From IMG/VR virus record IMGVR_UViG_3300037882_001770, positions 1 to 64,000 of that record: 64,000 bases of DNA; one strand, 5' to 3'. The translations under genes and the position numbers were made by a program. This document shows, piece by piece, positions 16,870-26,868 of the stretch. The notes beneath the pieces are model-generated. The model searched no databases, was not told the DNA's origin, and saw only the letters and a program-made list of their open reading frames with translations. Each line of letters opens with the position of its first letter. The stretch's first letter is position 1.

Positions 16870-17885
16870 TTAACAGTTATACCTCGTGGCAACCATTAGA
16901 AGAAGTTATTGTAGGCCGTGCTTACAGCCCTGATTATTTTGATTTTATTGATAACCCACAAGTACGCAATCAGCTACAGCAAATTCTGTCAGAGACCGAA
17001 GAAGATCTAAACAATCTTCAAAAAACCATCGAAACCTATGGTGCACGAGTTCGTCGTCCACATCTTCCCAGCAAAGACAGCTTTGTCTGGCATCAGACTG
17101 AAGGTGGTGGAGCTCCGTTGCCTCCGTTAACTCCCAGAGATTGGCAAATCAGTTTGGGAGACAAACTATTGCGTGTGTTGGCCATGCCCGAGCTGGACGA
17201 AATTTGTGCAGACTTTGCAGATCAAGTTGTCAATCCACACAAGAGTGCATGGGATCAGGATTGTATTTTAAATCAAGCCAGCGCCAGTTGTATTGTGCGT
17301 GTGGGCACAGATGTATTTTTTGACAACAGCGATTTTTTACGTCCAGAGCAAACACAATGGATTGTGGATAATTGCCTGGATAGTCGTTATCGCATTCACG
17401 AAGCAGTAACAGACGGCCACGGAGATGCGGTATTTGCTATTCTCAAACCCGGAGTTATTTTAAGCAGCAAGCACGATGTCAATTTGGATCTTGCCAAGGA
17501 CTTTCCAGGATGGGAAGTTCTTAAGATCTGGGATAGTAGTATTTGGGCAGCTATGGAAGTGGGCAAGTTCAAGTATGAAGAAAGTCCAGGTGCTTGGTAT
17601 GTACAAGGACAAACACCCACAGCCGAGTTCTCACAGTTTGTAGACACTTACTTGAACAAGTGGACTGGCTTTGTGGCCGAAACTGTGTTTGATGTCAACT
17701 GTTTGGTACTGGATGAAGAAAATGTCATTTTCTCAGCCTACAACAAAGATGTTTTTGATTTTTGTAAAAAGCACAAAATCAATCCTATTATTTCAGAATT
17801 GCGACACAGCTACTTCTGGGATGGCGGTATCAGTTGTTGTACACAAGACTTGACACGACGTGGCGGTTTAGAAACTTATCTCTAA
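16866..17885 (+). CDS. amidinotransferase (glycine/inosamine-phosphate amidinotransferase family)
   Basis: INSYTSWQPLEEVIVGR, PRD, HGD, FDVN, GGISCCTQDL with catalytic Cys position. Confidence 0.88.
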   Translation: MINSYTSWQPLEEVIVGRAYSPDYFDFIDNPQVRNQLQQILSETEEDLNNLQKTIETYGARVRRPHLPSKDSFVWHQTEGGGAPLPPLTPRDWQISLGDKLLRVLAMPELDEICADFADQVVNPHKSAWDQDCILNQASASCIVRVGTDVFFDNSDFLRPEQTQWIVDNCLDSRYRIHEAVTDGHGDAVFAILKPGVILSSKHDVNLDLAKDFPGWEVLKIWDSSIWAAMEVGKFKYEESPGAWYVQGQTPTAEFSQFVDTYLNKWTGFVAETVFDVNCLVLDEENVIFSAYNKDVFDFCKKHKINPIISELRHSYFWDGGISCCTQDLTRRGGLETYL

Positions 17886-17894
17886 TACTGTAAA

Positions 17895-19067
17895 TTATTT
17901 TGTAAACTCTGGCCACAATGCGTCAAACGACAGGCCAGGTGGCGGCATTGTTTGTTCTTGCCGAGCGTGCCATTGTGCCAGCTGTGCCACAGAAGTAATG
18001 TTAATCGCTGGCAGTGCCAATTGAGCACGATATCGTTTTAATATATCCAGACTTAATCGATATGTGTTAGCCGGATCGCTTTCGTATTTTGCCAACACAA
18101 GATCAATTTCTTCTTGCGCACGAGTTTTTAGTACGTTGGGCAATTTGCGAACATCCAGCACCGGCGGATCTATCAAATCGCACCAGTATATTTCAATATT
18201 ATAAAGTCGACAGAACTCAAAATAATCAACTAGATCAAATGCACAGTAGATAGAATAAGCAGGATGTGCTACTATGTGTTGTTGATCGTCTTTCATTAGT
18301 TGTAGATTACGTTTGAATATTTCCCAACTTGCACCACGTCTGACGTACTCGAACTTGGCTGGATCTGCATTGTCAAAACTAATTTGCCAGGCCACACTGG
18401 GCCATTTACGTAGTTCTTGATAGATGGCATTTTTAGTCAGATCTATACTTAAATTAGTAGTAACAACTACCTTGGCCTGAGTAGAATCAATCTCTTTGAG
18501 AAATTCCAATAATCCTGGCTGCAACAACGGCTCGCCACCGCCGAGAGTTAATCCTATTAGGCTATCACGATTGTCCTTGGCCAGTTGTATTAAATCATCT
18601 GATTTGTTACGCACATGGGTAATTGGAATTTTTTTTATGTGTTGCCATGCAGTACTAGTTTCTGGATTACAGTAGGTACAAGTTAAATTACATAAATTAG
18701 TCCAACATACCGTAAGATTAATTAGTTTAAAAAAGTTGATGTCTAGATCAATTTGATCCATTAGGTTAGCTGGTATGCGCCGAGTCAGTCTGGCACTATT
18801 CCCGCCCGTTGATTCGTTGTGTTGGCAGCTTTGGCAAAAGCTGTGCCATTCGCCTTGTGCTATAGTTTCTTTAAGTTCTTTTAATGTTGGGCCATTGATA
18901 ATAGATTGTATGCTTTGTTGTTTGATTGATCCTAGCGAGTTTTGTTTGTTATTCAGATAGTTCCAACCATAGCTATGTAGGCACGGCAATACTTGTCCTG
19001 TTTGATCTATATTCAACGTAGTCCACGGCTCTGGACAAAATGTTGGGCTCTTTGTTATTTTAGACAT
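17895..19067 (-). CDS. radical SAM protein with N-terminal twitch/SPASM-like domain
   Basis: FCPEPW..PC..CQSC; CNLTCTYC; GGEP. Confidence 0.9.
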   Translation of the reverse strand: MSKITKSPTFCPEPWTTLNIDQTGQVLPCLHSYGWNYLNNKQNSLGSIKQQSIQSIINGPTLKELKETIAQGEWHSFCQSCQHNESTGGNSARLTRRIPANLMDQIDLDINFFKLINLTVCWTNLCNLTCTYCNPETSTAWQHIKKIPITHVRNKSDDLIQLAKDNRDSLIGLTLGGGEPLLQPGLLEFLKEIDSTQAKVVVTTNLSIDLTKNAIYQELRKWPSVAWQISFDNADPAKFEYVRRGASWEIFKRNLQLMKDDQQHIVAHPAYSIYCAFDLVDYFEFCRLYNIEIYWCDLIDPPVLDVRKLPNVLKTRAQEEIDLVLAKYESDPANTYRLSLDILKRYRAQLALPAINITSVAQLAQWHARQEQTMPPPGLSFDALWPEFTK

Positions 19068-19764
19068 TGTTTCCTGATAGATAATCGTGTATTTTTTTTG
19101 CTACGTATTTGTGCCCGTCAACTGACATGTGGCCTCCGGGACAGACTGGAATGTGCTCGGTCCATGTTAACATGTGTTCGTGTGGGAACCCAGGATAATT
19201 TTTGACTTGAATTAAATTTTCAAATTTATTTAAACGGGCAAATACCCCGGGGTAAAACCAAGTTTCGCAACTGTTGATAAACAGATATTTTTGACCTATT
19301 GTTCTAAAATGATTTTGCAGAGCAATTACCTGTGCAAACTGTTTATCAAATTGATGGTTATCATCGTAATGATGCTTAATATAATCATTTAACCACGGCA
19401 TGCGTTTTAATAACACCAGGCTGTTGACCGTAAACGGTAAATCCTTGCCCTGGTAAAATAAGTCAAATCGAGGCATTGCGGTCCATGCACATATTACTAA
19501 ACTATATTGTTGATCTACAGTTTCTGTCATGGCCATGCGAAAGATTCGATCATTGCTGCCGCCTATCAGACTGAGATTAACAACCGGCGTGTTTTGAAGT
19601 TTTCCAAGCAGCTCTGGCCAAGCCAATTGGCTAGGAGCAAGCGGCAGTATTTGTGCGACTCGATTATCAAAATATTCATTTCCTAACTCAGTGGTCACCG
19701 TAGCAGGTACGTCGGGCAATTCTAACCCAAATGAATTGCTGTCACCTATTACTAATATAGTCAT
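19060..19764 (-). CDS. SGNH/GDSL-like protein
   Basis: GDSNSFG, GGSNDRI, terminal GGH...GH. Confidence 0.7.
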   Translation of the reverse strand: MTILVIGDSNSFGLELPDVPATVTTELGNEYFDNRVAQILPLAPSQLAWPELLGKLQNTPVVNLSLIGGSNDRIFRMAMTETVDQQYSLVICAWTAMPRFDLFYQGKDLPFTVNSLVLLKRMPWLNDYIKHHYDDNHQFDKQFAQVIALQNHFRTIGQKYLFINSCETWFYPGVFARLNKFENLIQVKNYPGFPHEHMLTWTEHIPVCPGGHMSVDGHKYVAKKIHDYLSGNNV

Positions 19765-20324
19765 GCACGGTTGTACCTAAGATATACGCTATTGCGTTGC
19801 ATGCCAGGAGGAACTGGTGTTGCTAATCCATGCAATACCTGTCCTGGCTTTTCAAAAAAATATCCAAAGTTATTTCGATAAGGGAGTTGTAATAGTATTT
19901 TGTCTGGGGTTTGATATATTGTAGTGCCCAATATTGGACCATTCCATTTTGCAGATTCTCGAGACATGTATATTTGTACTGCGTAATCAAAAAAATCAGG
20001 ATCCTGGTGTGGACTGATAGTGTATCCTTCAAAGTCGGCCCAAAGACTTATTCCTGCAGGGATGACCGGCCTCCCCAACATGCCGTTAATTTCTTTTAAT
20101 ATTTCAGAGCTAGCAGCGTAAGATACTATTTGATCGACAATCTTGCTTTTTCCTCGATACAAACGTCGACCTGCGCGATGACTAAAAACTTCAGTATCGG
20201 GCCAATCTGTGTCATCTATATTGTCAAATATAGAGAGTACTTGTTCTGCTAATTCTGCGGTAAAAAAATTATCTAGTAGATAAATGTTGGACTGTCCTAG
20301 ATAATTGATTACTGTATTCTTCAT
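19761..20324 (-). CDS. 2OG-Fe(II) oxygenase
   Basis: HQD...H...RxS arrangement (PHQD, VLHG, RNS). Confidence 0.75.
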   Translation of the reverse strand: MKNTVINYLGQSNIYLLDNFFTAELAEQVLSIFDNIDDTDWPDTEVFSHRAGRRLYRGKSKIVDQIVSYAASSEILKEINGMLGRPVIPAGISLWADFEGYTISPHQDPDFFDYAVQIYMSRESAKWNGPILGTTIYQTPDKILLQLPYRNNFGYFFEKPGQVLHGLATPVPPGMQRNSVYLRYNRA

Positions 20325-21829
20325 TAGCTACAAACCTTTACACCATATTCTTTCTCAAAACGATCTGCATCTGCGCGGTCATTAACCATGGGCTCTCCAC
20401 GTATGTTAAGACTAGTGTTTAAAAGCATAGGACATCCTGTTTCTTTGTACCACGCTTCGAGTAATCTTCTAATGCCTGAGCCATTATCTGCAACCGTTTG
20501 AATTCGGCTAGTACCATCCACATGACAGATAGCAGGAAATAAATCAGGACGGCGACAATGGGCGACAATTTGCATATAACTGCTATCACTCCAGCCCCGG
20601 GGCATAATAAAAAATTCATCCACATGCTCTGCCAGGATAACCGGTGCAAACGGTCTAAACTTTTGTCTACGCTTGATTTCATTTACTCGATCCTTTATAT
20701 CCACTCCTCGGGGGTCGGCAAGGAGACTTCTATTTCCCAGTGCTCTGGGTCCAAACTCGGCTCGACCACTAGCGACACCGACGATTCTATCACGGAGTAA
20801 ACAATCAACAAGGGCATGGACAGGATATTCTCCTGAGATGTTATGGCCAAGGTACGCATCTCGCCAGTTAACTCGTTTTCCGTAGGCCAGTGCGGCAGCA
20901 CCAAGACTGCTACCAGCGTCGCCAGGGCAAGGCATGATCCAAATGTTTTCAAAGTATTCACCGAGTTTTCTATTAGCAAGACAATTCAACGCCACGCCGC
21001 CCATGTACACTAGATTCGAACTCCAGTTAAACTCCTGAGCACGTTGCATAACACTATATATCAATTCTTCTGCCACCGATTGTGCAGCTCCGGCAATATC
21101 TTCATTGGATACGCCATACATAAATTCTTTTTCTACACCCAAGTGTAGATTTTCTTTAAATTTAAGTTCTTGTACATCGTCTACCAAATGATGTTTCATT
21201 GGGTGGGCATACACATTGCCATGAGTACTGTATGCACTCATGCCCATGGTAATATATTCTTCATCCATTGGATGCAGGCCAATTCGTTGAGTCATTGCAC
21301 TATAAAAAAGTCCAATAGAGTGTGGATATCGTTGTCTCCATAGTCGTTTGTAGATTGCGTGACCCGATCCAGTGTATTCTGCGCCCCAAATGCTAATAGT
21401 ATCAAACTCACCAATTGCATCAATTACTACCACAGTGGCACGTTCATATGGACTGGTTTGAAATCCGGCAGCTGCATGACTCAAATGGTGCGGATAACAT
21501 ACTTCATGTTCGGCCGAATTTGGATACCATGCACCAAGATGTTGAGTCAATGCGCCACGCACAGTCCACGGACCAAATTTATTTTGTCTGGTATATAGCT
21601 GTTGTAAATTGTGCATCCATGGGCGCTCATACCAGGCCACAGTATCAAACTGCCACGGGCATAGTTGTGAAACAAACTCGTCACAAAAATTACTATCATT
21701 TTTAATTTTACTGTAGCGTTCACTGTGTCCAGCAAACTCTATGTCGCCGTGACTGTTAATAACCGTGGCTGCGGCATCGTGATATCCTGCACTTAATCCT
21801 AGGGTGTACTTGACTGGCGCTCGTTTCAT
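20324..21829 (-). CDS. carbamoyltransferase (NodU/CmcH family)
   Basis: HDAAA, HHLSHAA, GGVALNC, GDAG, EFGPRALGNRS, FRPFAP, LLNTSLN. Confidence 0.95.
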   Translation of the reverse strand: MKRAPVKYTLGLSAGYHDAAATVINSHGDIEFAGHSERYSKIKNDSNFCDEFVSQLCPWQFDTVAWYERPWMHNLQQLYTRQNKFGPWTVRGALTQHLGAWYPNSAEHEVCYPHHLSHAAAGFQTSPYERATVVVIDAIGEFDTISIWGAEYTGSGHAIYKRLWRQRYPHSIGLFYSAMTQRIGLHPMDEEYITMGMSAYSTHGNVYAHPMKHHLVDDVQELKFKENLHLGVEKEFMYGVSNEDIAGAAQSVAEELIYSVMQRAQEFNWSSNLVYMGGVALNCLANRKLGEYFENIWIMPCPGDAGSSLGAAALAYGKRVNWRDAYLGHNISGEYPVHALVDCLLRDRIVGVASGRAEFGPRALGNRSLLADPRGVDIKDRVNEIKRRQKFRPFAPVILAEHVDEFFIMPRGWSDSSYMQIVAHCRRPDLFPAICHVDGTSRIQTVADNGSGIRRLLEAWYKETGCPMLLNTSLNIRGEPMVNDRADADRFEKEYGVKVCS

Positions 21830-21927
21830 TTATAGATAAACGGATCCCGTTTGCGTAGTTCTTTAAGTTTCTTACGATAGCGTATTTCTAATCGAATACG
21901 GCTGATTAAATTTTTAATCCATTTCAT
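21826..21927 (-). CDS. 33-aa basic peptide ending DPFIYK (not in ORF track)
   Basis: MKWIKNLISRIRLEIRYRKKLKELRKRDPFIYK; ATGA overlap on both sides, fills the gap exactly. Confidence 0.8.
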   Translation of the reverse strand: MKWIKNLISRIRLEIRYRKKLKELRKRDPFIYK

Positions 21928-23012
21928 TTTACATTCCTTAATTGAAAATCATAACCTGGGCGCAACTGATTAATCTGTTGGGACTTGTAATCACTGTCAG
22001 ACCAGCAGTAGTCAAACGTTTGCGAAATTCCGTCAACTTCAACACAATATATATCTAGGTAGTTGCCTAGTATCTTCCAAATGTCCTCACCGTTTTCTGT
22101 GCCAAAACTTTGTTTTAATTCAACCTGTGCAATGGGCAAGTAACCCAAGCTAAGTGATGGATCTGTTCTATCTTGATTGTTTGCGTCTAACCAAGCATGA
22201 AATGCCAATTGCTCTTTGGTATGCCACGGATTATCTCCAGCCATGGTAACATCATTGCCCCATTCAACATCAAATTCGCCACTGTAAAATCTAAGGCTAG
22301 TAATGGCCTCGCATACTGTTTCGGTTAACTCGGGTGCGCCCTCATCACGAAACACTTCAAATAAAGTTTTGCCTATCTGTGTCCAGTGCATATATACTCC
22401 GCCTAGCACACGATCGTACCCGTTGATAGCAAAGCCATCGCGGTGTGCTGGTTTCAAATCGTATCTGTCGGCCGTTAGCCATGTGGTAATTTGGCTCGGT
22501 CGTACCCAATATGGTGAGGTTGCAGCCTTGCGTTGTCCTAAAATAAGATTTTCCATTTCGTGGCAAATATTGTTAAGTTGACGAATAGCATATTTGGTCG
22601 AATAATCTGCTTTTTGATACCACGGGCTAAGATTCCACACTGTGCCCTGTAATACCTCAAAGTGGTTGTGCAATATGTTCATAATTTCATGATTGACTCC
22701 GTTGTCAGCATAGTCAAATCCCACTACACTTTCTGGGGTGAATATCTGTTCGATTTGATAACCAGGAAAAAATGAATTAATCTGATCCACTGCTTGATTG
22801 AGTTCATTGCACAAATATGGCAAATCTCTAGCGGTGTTAGGAAATCCCATAAAGCAAAAATTCTTTTCTAACATCTTGCCACTTTGCAATAGCTTCTTAA
22901 GTGCTACAATCCAGTCGTGCGCCAATTCGTGATCCTGCGCAGTAATTACATAATCGATTTGATCTTGTTTTTTTAATGGGTTTCGTAATACGATTTTAAC
23001 AGTCGATGTCAT
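21924..23012 (-). CDS. hypothetical protein, 362 aa
   Basis: Long coupled ORF; no motif recognised. Confidence 0.8.
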   Translation of the reverse strand: MTSTVKIVLRNPLKKQDQIDYVITAQDHELAHDWIVALKKLLQSGKMLEKNFCFMGFPNTARDLPYLCNELNQAVDQINSFFPGYQIEQIFTPESVVGFDYADNGVNHEIMNILHNHFEVLQGTVWNLSPWYQKADYSTKYAIRQLNNICHEMENLILGQRKAATSPYWVRPSQITTWLTADRYDLKPAHRDGFAINGYDRVLGGVYMHWTQIGKTLFEVFRDEGAPELTETVCEAITSLRFYSGEFDVEWGNDVTMAGDNPWHTKEQLAFHAWLDANNQDRTDPSLSLGYLPIAQVELKQSFGTENGEDIWKILGNYLDIYCVEVDGISQTFDYCWSDSDYKSQQINQLRPGYDFQLRNVK

Positions 23013-24300
23013 TCCACCACCTTAAAATATCTGCACGTTGTGATAATATATTTTGCATATTTGTTTTTGCTGTTCTTATACTTTCTAGTCGTAATATTCT
23101 GGCCTTGCCCTTGGCAAGTCCGGCTTGATATTGATCCGGCCACTGTTCTTCAAAAGTTGGGCGATTTTTTAATTGTATCAGTACATTTTGCATTGCGCCA
23201 CCGGTGTTAGGCACTAATTCGTCAATCCAAGATTCAAGCAGTGGACGCGGTAACGCCAAGGGACTCATAACTATGTCTGGGGTAAACGAAAATATCACTT
23301 TGGCCAATAGTTCTACACCCAGTTGATTGGCTAGCTGGGTCATTGCAGAAACTTCAAACATGCCTGGCAATGTAAGCGTAAAGTCTAGTCGCATTTGCCT
23401 GCGATTTTTGGATATAGTTAATCCTTGTTTAAAGTTTTCTAGAAAAACGGGCCACGATAAGCCTGTTCTGATATATTCTCCGATGTCTCCGGTTCCGTCA
23501 ACGGAGGCACATATTTGCCAATCACGTAAATTTTCCAACACGCCACTATAAAGATTAATGCCGTTGTAATCCACACGACTGAGATTGGTATTGTATCTTG
23601 CATAGACATTTGGTCCGTCTCCTAATTCAATAATGCGTTTCATGTAACGCCAGTGTTGCTCGTACATAAGTGGTTCGCCGCCGACCCAATATATTTCTTC
23701 TACTCTGTGTTCTTCTACTGCCTCGGCGAACTCTGCTTCAATTTGTTGATCTTGAAATTGACTAATTTGTTTTCTAACGTCAGAGCGCATCCACAAATTT
23801 TTTGTGTTACTCCAGTCCACCATATCGTGTTGTTTTTGTTCTGTTTCCCAACTGCTTGACAACATATCGCCGCAGGTTCTACATTTAAAATTGCACAGAT
23901 TACTGAATCTATAATCCCAACTTACAGGTTTCATAGTAGTATATCCTGTTTCGTCAGTCTCGTTCCATAACTTTTCATACTTGTGATTAAACAAATGACT
24001 AAAATATGTTCGATATACATCAGTGTTTAACAATTTGTCATTGCAGACTTCGCATTCGGGCAGTGTTTCGCCGGCCATCATACGGCGACGTACACTACGC
24101 ATGTGGTCACTGTTCCAGTGTTGCTCTAGAGTTATTGGGGTGTACTTTCCAGTGCCTGTGCTGGTGTCAATGTATTGTTCAAAACTCTGTGCAGGTTCAC
24201 GACTTGCACAGCACAACCTACGCTCTGTTTGTGGGCTCAGATAAGTGTGTGTCCATGGCGCCATGCACAACGTATCGGGCCGTTTATCCGGGGAATTCAT
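22996..24300 (-). CDS. radical SAM protein with N-terminal twitch-like domain
   Basis: LCMAPW..LCC..CEVC; CNFKCRTC; GGEP. Confidence 0.9.
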   Translation of the reverse strand: MNSPDKRPDTLCMAPWTHTYLSPQTERRLCCASREPAQSFEQYIDTSTGTGKYTPITLEQHWNSDHMRSVRRRMMAGETLPECEVCNDKLLNTDVYRTYFSHLFNHKYEKLWNETDETGYTTMKPVSWDYRFSNLCNFKCRTCGDMLSSSWETEQKQHDMVDWSNTKNLWMRSDVRKQISQFQDQQIEAEFAEAVEEHRVEEIYWVGGEPLMYEQHWRYMKRIIELGDGPNVYARYNTNLSRVDYNGINLYSGVLENLRDWQICASVDGTGDIGEYIRTGLSWPVFLENFKQGLTISKNRRQMRLDFTLTLPGMFEVSAMTQLANQLGVELLAKVIFSFTPDIVMSPLALPRPLLESWIDELVPNTGGAMQNVLIQLKNRPTFEEQWPDQYQAGLAKGKARILRLESIRTAKTNMQNILSQRADILRWWNDIDC

Positions 24301-25501
24301 ATTCGATCAACTTGGCAAATTCTGGTTCAACTATCGCAAGATTTTGTTTACGCTTGCGATCTAAGTCTGCTACCCTCATACGTAATATAAATCCATCAAG
24401 GCTGGTGCCACGATTCATAAACTCAATAATATTGGCAAACTCTTGTTGAGTCTTTTGATCTACTTGTGCTGTTTGTAATTTTTGTGTAATTCCTTGTTTT
24501 GCTGTGTCTGGTAAGGTGGCAATACTAAAATAATAAGCATCGTGCATCATGTTCCAGTAGACAAAATCAAATCCTTGTGTTTTAATCCAGTTGGCCACTT
24601 GTTCAATATAATACACGTTAAACACATTGACAGTGGTACAAACTTGTAGTTGAACATTTTTGTTGCGGCTTCGTAACAGTTTAAATTTATTAATATTGTT
24701 ACAGACGTCTGCCCAGATGGCATTACTGCGTTGATACTCAAATCTCTCGCCTACATCGTCAATGCTAAATGCAATCTCGACTGTTTTAAAGTGTTTCCAA
24801 ATTTCTTCTGCTTGTTCGGGCCACTGGGTTCCATTGGTGTTGTAATGTATTTCAATGTTGCCGGCGATTCCTCTATCGACTAGGCCTTGCAATAGATCAA
24901 AGTGTTCTTGGATCATAAATGGCTCACCGCCGGTGAACTCTATGTATTGTATTTGCTCGCTCACTTGTTCAATTTCTTGCCAAAATTTAGGATTCTCTCT
25001 GGGCCATGCTCCTTGCTTGAGCATAGTGTAGTGATGGCTCGACTTCTTGTCCTCATCGCGTCCTAAGAATTGCAATTCTTCTGTGGCAAATGTACTTGAA
25101 CTCCAACTTCCACAAATACGACATTTCAAATTGCAAATGTTTCCTAATTTTAAATCCAAAAACATCAAAGGCTTTGGTGCTGCTGTCCACTCTGAGTCAG
25201 GAAGCATGTGTTTCAAACGATCTAGTGTATGCATGCGTTTACTAGTTCGACCGGATCTTTCCTCTCGCCAGCATTTACGACATGTTTGTGGTTGTTTCTT
25301 GTCGAGAAAATCTTGGCGAAGTTGTTGCATGTTGTTGCTGGTTTGGATTTCTGCAAAGCTGGCAGTATTCAAATCAAACTTGTTTCCGGCGTTGTCAACA
25401 ATTTCGTCATCGGCTAGACAGCACGGACGTACTGTGCCAATGGGGCTAGTCTCTAAACTGATCCATGGCAATACGCAAAATTTATCGTGTGGTATATTCA
25501 T
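24284..25501 (-). CDS. radical SAM protein with N-terminal twitch-like domain
   Basis: FCVLPW..PCC..CRKC; CNLKCRIC; GGEP. Confidence 0.9.
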   Translation of the reverse strand: MNIPHDKFCVLPWISLETSPIGTVRPCCLADDEIVDNAGNKFDLNTASFAEIQTSNNMQQLRQDFLDKKQPQTCRKCWREERSGRTSKRMHTLDRLKHMLPDSEWTAAPKPLMFLDLKLGNICNLKCRICGSWSSSTFATEELQFLGRDEDKKSSHHYTMLKQGAWPRENPKFWQEIEQVSEQIQYIEFTGGEPFMIQEHFDLLQGLVDRGIAGNIEIHYNTNGTQWPEQAEEIWKHFKTVEIAFSIDDVGERFEYQRSNAIWADVCNNINKFKLLRSRNKNVQLQVCTTVNVFNVYYIEQVANWIKTQGFDFVYWNMMHDAYYFSIATLPDTAKQGITQKLQTAQVDQKTQQEFANIIEFMNRGTSLDGFILRMRVADLDRKRKQNLAIVEPEFAKLIEYEFPG

Positions 25502-26868
25502 TCTGATTTTAATTTAAAAATTGTGTTGACTAATGGAGCCAACGGATCCAGGGCATGTTTTTCTTTTTTAGGGCGATATTCAATAATTTGTTCTAGTTCC
25601 GGAACTACTTGCATAAGTGACTCGGATCTTGCATTGTCCAGTTGTTCTACTGATTTCCAAAATTCTGGCAATAGATAACTGTTATCAGTGGACATCATGA
25701 ACTGTATTGCTCCTTGAAATCCACCAACGGCTCGTTGTATAGTATCGCGTGGGCGTAACCATTCAATATGTTCTTCAAACTGTTGTTTAAACTTTTCTTT
25801 TAAATGAGTTGGCAACATGTCAATTCTGTAATTGGCCGGGCCTTGCAAAATATTTAGATTAAAATCTTTTGGTTCAATAAACCCTTGGTCAATCATGTAT
25901 CTGTGATAAGATACAAAATTCCAAATATTCATCATACTAAGTGTAGGACTGATCATAAAATCAATGTGTGGACATTCGCGTTTTAAATCACGAATGTTTT
26001 GTTCTACTTGTGCCCAGTCTGTGCCAGAACGTATAATTGCAGCACGGTCGCCCATGTCGTCTAAGCTGGCCGCAACACACACGCTAGGAAAATGCTTCCA
26101 CAAATCCAATACATTTTGTTTTTTAAATTTTAACTCGGTTAGATTTGTGTTATAAATTAATTTTACCTTTGTATTGCCTTTTTCAATCAATAGTTTAAGA
26201 ATACGATTGTGTTCTTCCATGATCAAAGGTTCGCCGCCGGCAAAGTAGATCTGGTCCAGGTGAGGAATATGTTCTTGCATCTGTTCCCATACGTCTTCTT
26301 CGTGACGCCCAGCAAATTGTACTCTAGGACGCAGCGGTTTGCCCCACAGCTTGACATCGTCATCATACCAACGGCTACTAAAAATGCTGCCACAGCTACG
26401 ACATTTTAAATTACAAATATTGCTAAAACGCACATCCCAATAGTGCAATTTCATATCAGGTAAACTACCATCGGGCAATGTTTGGTCTACTTCTGCAATA
26501 TGTTGGCCAAAGTTTTTGTTTGAATTGTTGCGCATACTTGCAAACCCAGCAGCTTCTTGTTCATAACAATCTGTACATTCTTTGCAAGGTTTATCTGCCA
26601 ACATGTTTGTACGCATTTCACGCATGGGCACATCATTCCAGATTTCTCGCATGCTCTTTTCTTTGAAGTTGCCAACTGGATGTTTTGCATTGCCCAAGCA
26701 ACAAGGATACGCACGACCATCGGGCCAGGCATGCAAATGTATCCACGGAATCATACAAAATGTTTCTGATTCTACTAATCTATGTTTTTGTTTTTCGGTT
26801 AAATCTTCTAACGGAATGTAACTTGGTACACGATCTTTCCAATTGTACTTGCCTAATATTTTACTCAT
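25498..26868 (-). CDS. radical SAM protein with N-terminal twitch-like domain
   Basis: FCMIPW..PCC..CTDC; CNLKCRSC; GGEP. Confidence 0.9.
   Translation of the reverse strand: MSKILGKYNWKDRVPSYIPLEDLTEKQKHRLVESETFCMIPWIHLHAWPDGRAYPCCLGNAKHPVGNFKEKSMREIWNDVPMREMRTNMLADKPCKECTDCYEQEAAGFASMRNNSNKNFGQHIAEVDQTLPDGSLPDMKLHYWDVRFSNICNLKCRSCGSIFSSRWYDDDVKLWGKPLRPRVQFAGRHEEDVWEQMQEHIPHLDQIYFAGGEPLIMEEHNRILKLLIEKGNTKVKLIYNTNLTELKFKKQNVLDLWKHFPSVCVAASLDDMGDRAAIIRSGTDWAQVEQNIRDLKRECPHIDFMISPTLSMMNIWNFVSYHRYMIDQGFIEPKDFNLNILQGPANYRIDMLPTHLKEKFKQQFEEHIEWLRPRDTIQRAVGGFQGAIQFMMSTDNSYLLPEFWKSVEQLDNARSESLMQVVPELEQIIEYRPKKEKHALDPLAPLVNTIFKLKSE

Noticed and set aside
16866-21927. Saxitoxin-like toxin cluster (amidinotransferase, carbamoyltransferase, SGNH, oxygenase)
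   Set aside because: No SxtA-like PKS/aminotransferase or other core genes; the resemblance is only at enzyme-family level and the GT context points to glycans.
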